Source: Psilocybe cubensis (lineage: Eukaryota). From it: a stretch of DNA of 64,000 nt. Location: the NCBI GenBank assembly GCA_017499595.2, contig CM039005.1:1364001-1428000 (forward strand), given 5' to 3'. This document shows positions 1 through 9,863 of this stretch, one piece after another. The first letter of the stretch is position 1. Every line of letters starts with the position of its first letter. The position numbers were made by a program, and so were the translations under genes. The notes under the pieces were generated by a model. It was not told the origin of the DNA and searched no databases. It saw only the letters and a program-made list of their open reading frames with translations.

Positions 1-783
1 AGGGAATGTCGCGCGTAATGGAAGCTGCTAGGAATGGCATTGGTAGGGTCCATCATATAGTTGAGAAAACATGCATCCCTGAAATAGAAAATTATAACCA
101 CCAGATAAAAAATAAGTAATGGAAACATGCCTGTGAGCGATGCGGTGTTCGTGGAGAAATACAATTCCCTGTGCAAACCTACGTCAAATAAGCCGTTGAC
201 TATAAACACACGGCCCCACCTTGATGAGCTGGTCAATTGCCTCTACAATCTCCCTGACGTGCTGAAATGGGAAGCTCCAACTCATCAAAGGGAATAAGAG
301 AGGCATTACCAAGAGCACTGCCGATTCACGCGATTTGGCCATTTCATACTGCGACGGTAAAGGTATTACTTCGAGGAGGGGGACCGTGTTATTTCTGGGG
401 TCCGCACGCATTTCAGGAGAATTCAAATATTCCAGGAGGGGTACGTTATCTTCCTCAAGGAAGACTTGCTTCATTACTACTCTTGCGCCGTCGCTGATGC
501 GGGTAGCATCCATAAGGTTGTATTTCTGTGAAATTATGAAAAATGAATTGTCTATCTGAGATAATTGACTGAAGCGACGGACTTGGTATGAAATAAAGTC
601 AGGAAAGTCAAACAGGTCCTTAAAGAAGTTCCAGGGTCTATTCCATGGAGGCTTCCAGTTTGGATGGTACCTAGGACGAAGCATGTACCCATGTTGTAAC
701 AGGAAGGGATATATTTCCACCCATCTTGCTTCCAGCTGGGTGATCAGGCCTGCGGGATGACCATTATCCATGATGTTACGCAT
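1..783 (-). CDS. AgaK1-like fungal protein kinase, copy 1 (3' end runs off the window)
   Basis: Spliced ORF containing YMLRPRYHPNWKPPW, MDATRISDGARVVMK, DPRNNTVPLLEVI and IAHR|DACFLNYMMD; closely similar to the copy at 1288-2672. Confidence 0.8.
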
Positions 784-1287
784 TCATAAGAGTTGGGGTG
801 GGGGTTCTGCAAGCTTGAGACTTGAGACTTATAAGCACAACAACGGCGAAAGAAAATATTAAGAAAAGACCTGCAACGTTAACATTTCGAATTTCAACCA
901 TCGCCGATCGGACATTTGATGTCACTGAGTTCGAACTGGATTTGAAATTTAAACCACGACTCCCAAGTGAGACGAGTCCAAGACGAGTCCCAACTTGCAT
1001 TGCCGACCTGGCTTTCCGTTCCCAGGACAAGGTCACTAAATATTCAAGGTGTATTCAGGGTCTGTCCATTGTCACTTCCAAACGTTTTTCTTCCTCCCTT
1101 TAGTTAACGTATCTGCCTAGTACGTGGATTTATGGCCATGAGCTCAACGTGAGCTTTGTTTGCTAGCCAGAAACAAGACCACTGATACCGTGATACCCCA
1201 GCGTGTGGTCAATGATACAGATTATTTGGACCACAATTGGAACCACGTGTTTGACATAAAGGTGTGTTATTACTTTTTATTACCTCC

Positions 1288-2672
1288 TCAGCTATCTACA
1301 CCAACTTTGACTTTCGAGCTTATCAACAAAAGACACCCGAAAACATTGGACAGCTTTTGATTGATCGATCTAAATATTCCAGGCTGGGTTTCGGGTGGTG
1401 AATATGCCATAGCTGCTTTTTGTCTAGCGAGTTGAGAAGCATTAAAACCTTTGATCCATATTTCGCGTTTTAAAGACGCTGGGTCCATCTCGTCGATAAT
1501 CTCCTTGAATTTTCGAAGGGAGTCAGCTGCAGTAGGCCTGAGATCAGGGTTGTCGCGTGTCATTGCAATGTAAAGTGGTTTCAAAAATTTTAAGCCTTTG
1601 TACTCCTGACAAGAGAAAAGTTCGGTTAGCACATTGCTCTTAGGAAAGAATGACTTCAGTATCTTACTTCTGCAAACCCTTTTACTTGGCATCCTAGTTG
1701 GTACACGTCCAGTTTAAAAGGGTCGTAAGGTGCGTCCAGCGACCACTCCGGAACTGTCTTGATTTGACCATATCGTCCCTCGGATAAAATGTTTGGAGGA
1801 AAGTATTCGGCAGTCTCGTAATCAATCATATAGTATTTTACTGGGGCAACCAGGCAACGGTCCTTGAAGACTGCCCGGGATTTGCCGTCGGGATGAAGGT
1901 AGTGTCGAACATAGTGGAAACTGTTGGGAATAGCGTTGGTGGGGTCCATCATGTAGTTCAGAAAACACGCATCCCTAGTACCAGACATCAGAATGAGCGG
2001 GTGGAACATGAGCATTGGGAACAAGCCTGTGAGCGATGCGGTGTTCGTGGAGAAATACAATTCCCTGCGCAATTATATGTCAAATAGGCCGTGGGCTAGA
2101 AACACACGGACGTACATTAATGAGCTGTTCAATTACTTCCACAATTTCCCTGACATGCTGGAACGGGAAGCTCCAACTCATCAAAGGAAAAAGGAGAGGC
2201 ATTACCAGGAGCACTGCCGATTCGCGTGACTTGGCCATTTTGTACTGCGACGGTACAGGTATTACTTCGAGGAGGGGAACCGTATTATTTCTGGGGTCCG
2301 CGCGCATTTCAGGAGAATTCAAATATTCCAGGAGGGGTACATTATCTTCCTCGAGGAAGACTTGCTTCATTACCACTCTTGCGCCGTCACTAACGCGAGT
2401 AGCATCCATGAGGTTATGTTTCTGTTGAATAAGAATAAGATTTTGAGTTGACTGTTCTGTAGTTGACAGAGATTACAGACTCGAGTTGAAATATAGTCAG
2501 GGCACTCATATTTGTCCTTATAAAAGTTCCAGGGTCTTTTCCATGAAGGCTTCCAGTTTGGATGGTATCTGGGACGAAGCCTGTACCCGTGTTGCAAAAG
2601 GAAAGGATATATCTCAACCCATCTTGCCTCCAGTGAACTGATAAGCCCTACGGGAGCTTCTTCACCCGTCAT
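1288..2672 (-). CDS. AgaK1-like fungal protein kinase, copy 2
   Basis: Multi-exon gene: LRPRYHPNWKPSW, HRDACFLNYMMD catalytic loop, VKYYMIDYETA (DFG equivalent), PYDPFKLDVYQLG, RPTAADSL; stop at 1288. Confidence 0.85.
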
Positions 2673-3735
2673 TTTCTGCTTGTATATACGACCTCGAGGT
2701 GAGATAGAACAACAGTGATCGTAGAAAACATACTGTGTAAGAGTTGAAATCCTTGAAACGTCAGCATCTCAGGGTTGGCTCGTACCCACCCGTTTCTGAC
2801 TAATCACTTTTCCAAGTCCGCATGCGTTTTATTTTTGGAGGTCTGATCAGAATCCGCGTGACGTTTTCCGGTTTAAACTGACCCTTGGGCCGTGAATGTT
2901 ATACTCGGCAACCATGGATGGACGGCAATACAGAGCTTGAGGGTGGACTCTATTTCACACCAACTTGTTCTCAACTGTGAGGGGACTATACTACTAGCAT
3001 TACGAGGATAGAGCACTAAGCCCGAGCTGAGACTTCAATTGCCAGTGGGTACAAGATCAAACAAAAATTGGTACATTAGCGAGAGATATATTCCCACTTC
3101 TTTACTCATCATTGGCCAGCTTAACACTGACGACTCTTCGCTATCCTGCAGTACCCCGGGTATATAACTACAAATATCTCAAGCAATAGGCATGCGGCGG
3201 CTTTTGGGTCCTCGGATTATCACTGGCTTGGCCAGTGTTGTCGTGGGTCGAATTGAACCGTGGCCAATGTTTCCCGATCAAGCATGAACAAACACAAAAA
3301 ACGCGTGATTGAACTGTCCAGCAAGCCAGTGTGGGCCGCCCAAGGCGGCGCTTCCCGAGTACTTGGAGTCCGAATTGACATGTTGAGCGTTCTTGAGAAT
3401 GATCGATCCTGCAGAGACCATTGGCAGCTATAAAGAAGAGCAAGGAGCGCCGGTTTTCAGGGTCTATTCCATACTACGACAATCTGTTCTCACAGGGTTT
3501 AAGTCTCTCGGTCATAATGCGATGCGTGTATCTTGAGGTCTTATTTTTAGGTTTCGACTCACTGCGTTGAATCGATCTATTGTGTCTACCAAAGTGGGAA
3601 TTCCAGAGCCAGCACTCTATAGTGTGCGGAACTTCCGGCTCTTTTCATCATGATTAAGAGATAGTGACCCATATAACGTTTGTTTATTACTTGCCATCAT
3701 CCCCCCCTAAAAACTACCCTGCAATTCGAATTATC

Positions 3736-6021
3736 ATGGCGTCTAACAAATTAGAAGGGCACAAAAGCGAGCAAGACGACAACGGAGTTGCAGATGATGA
3801 CACTGGCAGTGAGCAAGACTACGATAGAAACGAAGAGGATGACAGTGGCCACGATTCTAGTGATGTCAACAGTAGCGAGAGCTCCGAGTCTCAAGAAATT
3901 GCCCTGTTGACGCTTCAAGCGAAGTTGGAGAAGGTGGATGCTACTCTTCTGGATATAAATCAATTGCGAGAGAGAGCATTGTCTGAAAATTGGGCAAACG
4001 ATGTAGAAGAGGCGTACATCAGACGCCTAAATGAGTAGGTGTCGTTTCCTCATGCAACAGATGAAACTGTTTTTACTGTATGGAGTAGATCAGAAATGTT
4101 GGCCAAGCGGCTAATCACGAAGTTAAAGTCCAAATTTTACATAATTCGCGGCCTCGGAAAACCTCCAAATGTCGACGATCAACTTGAAAAACTTCGTGAA
4201 GAAGTCAAAGATCTACAACATGATTATACTGTGAGTAAATCATCAACATTCTCGAAGAAGGGACATTTTTAAATCTGCTTACCACTGCACAGTTGGCATC
4301 TGAGCTTCAGAAGCGAGTGGATGCTCAGAGACAGTTGCTTAGCTCACAACCAAGGAAGAAATTTCAACCAAAGCACAAGAGAAAGTTATCAGATCTCACG
4401 TTCGCTCGCAGTGTCTCTCCGTCTCCGAGGTTAGATGTTGCTTTAATTTCGTATTGTAGCATCTTATGCACGACTAACCCGATTCTTTTGGAACCCATAG
4501 TCAAAGTGATACTTCCTCCCTCCAGTAAGCTTCTAATTGAAAATACGAGTTGTATATCTCATCAATCCGGATCGAAAAGTCGCACTATCAGGCCGCCTCT
4601 ACAAACCGAGCGTTATTTCAGGTGTGTGCACCATGTCTCGAACTAACCACATGCTGAACACTTTAACAGCCGTGCTCTTCGGTCGAACCCAGACCCGCTG
4701 AACTCTCAACTCAATTCTTCGCAGTCAGTCGTCATCCAGATATCTCGTTATTGTATGCATAAGCAAGAATCTGACCTACATATATTCATCACAGAAATGA
4801 CATTGGACCTTCTCAGACGACGCAGAATCCAAGCCATTATAGACAACCTCCACAAAGGCGTGGCGATGTACCCGATGCAGCAAATGCGGGTTCTGGTCTG
4901 CCCAAAAAGCGATCGCTTTCTAGATTGGTACAAGATAAATTCTCCAATTTAACGAAATCGAAAGAAGACAAGGCCGGTACAGGTTATGTCCCATCGTAGG
5001 TGTGCGAAATATATATCAACCAGGCAAAAATTACTCACAAGGTTCCAGCACACCATCCAGTCAAACAACTCTACCTTCTCCCAATCAGTATACAAACGTA
5101 TCCAGGTATGAGGAGTCGTCTCTACTTTCGTGATTATATGACTATCTTAACTTATAGTAACAGGCAGGATACTATCCAGAATTCTTCGTCCCCAACTAAC
5201 GATGCCTCCGGAGATCCTGCGCAAACGAGTCAACCTTTCATTGAAAGGTCGGAATTCATACTCAATACAGAACGACGATTCTTATAATGCTCTATCAGGC
5301 ACATCTTGGATCCTCGAGAACTCAATCTGCTGCTATCTGGAGGGGAAAATTTAGTTCAACAAACGAACAGAGAGATATTGGAAAACTCTCAGGATCGCCG
5401 TCAAGGGTATGTGCTATCCACATGGACTATTACACCACTGAATGGACCCCAATGATAATATTCACCTCTACAACAGGTTGTCGCCTCCACCTCGCCACAC
5501 ATCTCTTCCACGTCGTGGCATTCCATCACCGCAGCGCCGATCGGGAGGTAGGACTCTGAATATCCCAGTTGGTTCTCGCAATGATGATGTTGGTGTCCAT
5601 GGCACCGAGAGGTAAGTCATAAAAACCATGCGTGTATCTAAATATACGAGTAGACATTTATTTTAATACTTTAAAGCTCTCGACGCGTTGCTGACAGCGG
5701 AAGGGAGCAACCTTCTGTGTCAGCACAAAACGCCCACAGACTTCAACCACCCCCTGCACTTCGCTACACTTCAACGAATAACTCTGCGAGGTACGTAACT
5801 CATTATGATTTAATGACGCGAGACATACTAATTGTATTGTATACCATATTTACTGTAGAAGTGTGAATTATCGTCAACAAATACCCCAGCAAGCTGATTA
5901 CGCTTCAGCAATGGCTTCACTTCAGCTGTCCAGCGGATTGCCTAACCCCTCGTCTCCCGCGGCTGCTGATGAGCAAGAACCTCGGGAATACATCTCTCAT
6001 GACGATATATACGACGATTGA
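3736..6021 (+). CDS. Hypothetical multi-exon protein (acidic N-terminus, coiled-coil-like segment, S/P-rich C-terminus)
   Basis: ATG at 3736 (MASNKLEG...), a chain of short ORFs separated by GT-AG introns, final exon ...HDDIYDD-TGA at 6021. No recognisable domain. Confidence 0.55.
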
Positions 6022-8280
6022 TTGAATGACTGTACTTACTGGGTGAATGGCCATTTGGCTGGTGTATAAATTCAGAATATAATGAAAATTATTAAAACCT
6101 TACCTGATACCTCTGATTGTGCACTAATCAAGAGAACTACTTCAATTTACTCTCTTTTCCATACAGTTTAGGAGAATGAGGTAGACAAAAGTGGGTAAAC
6201 TACTCCCACATAGCAACTTTCCGGTTCGGCTCCCCGATGTCAGAAATTCTACACATCACTTGTTCAAACCGCATTCTGCCAGGCTTGCCAGGCTCTTTAT
6301 CCGAGTCGATGTGCAGGATAAGGATTGTGTGTCATTGCGGTGTAAAAATTGAACACCGGGTATGCTACGGAGGAGCATGAGACTAGGATGTATGTGACTC
6401 CGACAAGAATAACTTGGGGAGATCAAAAGGATGCCAATGAACCGGCGCGGTTGCTCATTGACATGGGAAGGCCTCCTAATGTAATTGCCTGTTTTGGTCA
6501 ATTATAATGACGTCACTGATTAAGCAGACTCACGTGTGTTAATTTTGTCGGTTTCTGTGATGCCAGCAACTCAACATCGAGTCGATTTTTCCCGGGCATT
6601 CAGGCCGACCCATAGGTCCACCGAAGTCGTCTACAGCACCTAATCATGGAGAACAGCATTGATCCCGGGATTCACTGTCTTTTTATATCTAGATTGCCTC
6701 CTTGTCGAGATAAGGCACTGCTTTCATGTGTCAACTGACATATCCAAACGCCTAATCCATGAGATCGGCTGCTCCGAGCTCGAAGTACACTGTGCTTTCC
6801 CAAGAGATCGTCCCATTACACAGATCTGCCAGGTTACTGGTCTCGTCTTCCAAACTTCAGACTTACTCTGAACGCCCACTGTATCCCTACTCTCTTCAGC
6901 CTGGCAAACATGTCTGGACCTAAGCTCCCTTGGGCTCCCTTGGGCTTGCTTAGCGGTATTCTACTTGACCGCTTAACAATACTATGCATCTTCTTGATGT
7001 TAATGCTGCTGGTTACACAATTGTGTTTTTATATAATTCGGTTTGCACAACATTTTAATGCTTCAATTTCAAGCACCGATTATGTTCCATTTCCAGTTTG
7101 ACAAACCCAATCCACCAACTTGCCGCATCCACAAGCGTCAGAAAAAGAAATCGACAAAAAAAAATCAAACGTTCCAAGCGCCACCTCATATCAAAAGATA
7201 ACAACTCATCCAAAGTTTATCAAAGTATCTTTTTGATTTTTCCTGCTCGTAAAGTGAGCGGCCGTCGGTACGCATCTAGAGGCAAAATAGTACCTCGCTT
7301 TAGAGGGAAAAGGATGGGCATTTGCGGTACTGGCGGGAAAGCATTAGGTTTGCTTTTTGCATCTCTCTTTTAGACGTTGAATAAGAACTCAATCGAATGG
7401 TTTAGTTATCCGGGACGCAAGGATAATCAAAAGGTCATCAAAACAATCGACACTGGAAATCTATGCGAGTGCACCTAGGTTGGAGATCATAGTCGAATCA
7501 AAATTGTCTAAACCATGCCTCGAAAGATCGTCCATCTCCCGCGATTTACTTTCTATGTTAACCTTAAAACCAAGCGGATTTTTCTCCGACTGTGTCGACT
7601 GCCACTCAGATGGCTGGATTAATAAGCTTAGGGACTTGTTGTCGCCCGTTATTGTCTATCCTGTTCTTCAAACTACGCATAATTCTCCCCTAATCTCTTC
7701 TGATCCATCTGGATCTGCGCCTTTTTCCCCACCAAAGACTCAGCATGTGGTGCGTAAATGACCCCCCAATTCTTGATCTCGCTAACCACCGTATCGTAGG
7801 CCATGGACAAGTCAATCGACCTGTTATCTGCTTCAATGAAGGAATTCAAACTTCGAGAAGCAGCGCAGAGTCAACTTGTTAATTCTACAGCATCAGTCCC
7901 GCAAACTTCATTAACGGGACAGCAACAAGCACCCACAAACCCGTCGCCTACTGTACAAATACCGGTACATTCCTCAGAGAATCAACCTTTGCTTCCAAAT
8001 CCTACTGCGCTCGTAGGCTCTCCAGAAGAGCAAGTAACATCGAAACAACGAGTACCCCGCTTGCTGACCAACGCCAAAGCATCTTTTTCACGGCTCCAAC
8101 GTCCACCACAAGTCGCGAAAAGGACAAAACCAAAACAATCGTCCGCGGAGTCTGTAGACTCGGTAACGGAGCAATTTGCCTTGCTCGTGACTCCGTCCTC
8201 TTCAGAGAGTTCATCTTGCAAGAAGCCCTCGTTGAAGCAGATGAAAATATGGAATCAGCAAGCGGCTGTCAAGCAAGCTC

Positions 8281-8557
8281 TGTTAGGAATCGACTTAAGT
8301 CAAGAGAGAAGAATGCCCAAAGACCAAGTTGATATCGAAGCTGGGGTCTGACTACTGACCCCAGGACCCTATATATACATGGAGACCGGAGTAACTACTT
8401 CCCGGACCAGAGTACTCGACATATGACAACTATCAATAGATGAAACAGGAGAACGATAGACGTGGGACCGAACACAAAGATAGAACAAGGCATGACAGCG
8501 TGGGACCGTAACAGATAACGATAACGGATAGGGGTGGCACCAATACGTACCCTGACA
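8281..8557 (-). repeat. 3' LTR (277 bp)
   Basis: Reads TGTTAGGAATC...GTACCCTGACA on the plus strand; identical by eye to 9587-9863; abuts the PPT. Confidence 0.95.
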
Positions 8558-8570
8558 TCACCTCCCCTCT
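8558..8570 (-). promoter_or_regulatory. Polypurine tract (plus-strand priming site)
   Basis: Minus-strand AGAGGGGAGGTGA lies immediately 5' of the 3' LTR. Confidence 0.85.
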
Positions 8571-8598
8571 AAAGGTCGGTGTCCCAACGACCTGGTCT

Positions 8599-9495
8599 TC
8601 ACCGTGGACGGTTTGCACCAAAGACATGAGGCGGTCCACCGCCACAACGCGCGGTCTGAATTCCCTCCCTAGGCTGAACAGGCCCGGGGCGAGAGTAACC
8701 GTCAGAGTGTTGCTGCGGAGCCCTGAGAGCGTCCACCTCCATAGGCGAACCAGGGGCGAGCGACGAGGATGGGCTGGAGCGAGTGTCGACAGCCGTAGGA
8801 GTGGGCAAATGCGGAGAAGCCGTCCCGGAACGGGATGTCCGCGTAGTTGGGGTAGAGCTCAAGGTTGGAGTAGGAGAAGGAAGTTCAACGACGAGGGTAG
8901 GGGGGGCGGCAGTGGGCGCAGGAGGCTGTTTAGGCTTCTTGGACCTAGGGTTGCGGATGCGACGACGGGCAATCCGCTTGCCGATAGCAGAAAGAGCATC
9001 ACCAACTTCACGAGCGGTGCCCCTGATAGTGACGGCACGCAAACCGGAGGTGACGACGGGGGAGACCGAGATCTTTGCGTGCAAGATGTCGTGGATTTGG
9101 CGTAAGCCAGTTCCCGCGCGCCCTATGACGTGGCCAGCCTGTTCGTCCGCAATAGACAGGGTAGCGACGATCTTCTCGAGGGCGGCTTTGGTAGTAGTAG
9201 AGCGGATGGATTGGGAGTGCGGGGGCCCTGTAGTAGGGGTAGAGGTAGGTGCAGCCGGGCGTTCCTTCCTAGAGGTGCGTCGAGCGCGAGGTGCGCGAGC
9301 AGAGGGAGTGGGAGCGGCAGGCGGTTTGGGTAGGGAGGCTGTGAGGCGTTCAAGTTTAGACTCGATGGCAGACAGTCGGTCATCAACCTTTTTATCGGCG
9401 TCAAACCGGACTTGCTGCGCCCTAAAGAGGAGGGCGAAACGGTCCTCGAGGGACATCGTCATGAACCCATCGTAAGGCGAAGGAGGGTCGGCCAT
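8599..9495 (-). CDS. 298-aa intronless element protein: N-terminal coiled-coil-like helix, KH domain, basic and P/T/S-rich tail with PMEVD motif
   Basis: KH signature IVATLSIADEQAGHVIGRAGTGLRQIHDILHAKISVS...RAVTIRGTAREVGDALSAI, including the GxxG loop, at about 8980-9174. The ORF fills nearly the whole internal region. Confidence 0.85.
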   Translation of the reverse strand: MADPPSPYDGFMTMSLEDRFALLFRAQQVRFDADKKVDDRLSAIESKLERLTASLPKPPAAPTPSARAPRARRTSRKERPAAPTSTPTTGPPHSQSIRSTTTKAALEKIVATLSIADEQAGHVIGRAGTGLRQIHDILHAKISVSPVVTSGLRAVTIRGTAREVGDALSAIGKRIARRRIRNPRSKKPKQPPAPTAAPPTLVVELPSPTPTLSSTPTTRTSRSGTASPHLPTPTAVDTRSSPSSSLAPGSPMEVDALRAPQQHSDGYSRPGPVQPREGIQTARCGGGPPHVFGANRPR

Positions 9496-9573
9496 AGAGT
9501 ATAGTAGGTGGGGGCAAGGTAGAGTGGAGTAGACGAGCGCTGCACTGGATAGAGTACCAGGGCAACGTTGGGT

Positions 9574-9584
9574 AGCTTCGATAT
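9574..9584 (-). promoter_or_regulatory. Primer-binding site, self-priming type
   Basis: Minus-strand ATATCGAAGCT lies 2 nt inside the 5' LTR. It is the exact complement of AGCTTCGATAT in the LTR (9638-9648) and does not start with TGG as a tRNA PBS would. Confidence 0.8.
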
Positions 9585-9586
9585 GC

Positions 9587-9863
9587 TGTTAGGAATCGAC
9601 TTAAGTCAAGAGAGAAGAATGCCCAAAGACCAAGTTGATATCGAAGCTGGGGTCTGACTACTGACCCCAGGACCCTATATATACATGGAGACCGGAGTAA
9701 CTACTTCCCGGACCAGAGTACTCGACATATGACAACTATCAATAGATGAAACAGGAGAACGATAGACGTGGGACCGAACACAAAGATAGAACAAGGCATG
9801 ACAGCGTGGGACCGTAACAGATAACGATAACGGATAGGGGTGGCACCAATACGTACCCTGACA
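9587..9863 (-). repeat. 5' LTR (277 bp) with TATA box at 9676-9683
   Basis: Direct repeat of 8281-8557; TATATATA lies 27 nt upstream of the 11-mer complementary to the PBS. Confidence 0.95.

Larger units (their letters stand above)
8281..9863 (-). mobile_element. Non-autonomous LTR retroelement (1,583 bp) carrying a single KH-domain ORF
   Basis: Two 277-bp TG...CA direct repeats (8281-8557, 9587-9863); TSD AGCTC at 8276-8280 and 9864-9868; minus-strand PPT AGAGGGGAGGTGA (8558-8570); no pol. Confidence 0.95.

Noticed and set aside
8626..9475. Long plus-strand ORFs (159 aa, 230 aa) inside the LTR element
   Set aside because: Antisense shadows of the GC-rich KH ORF; PPT, PBS and TATA all point to the minus strand.
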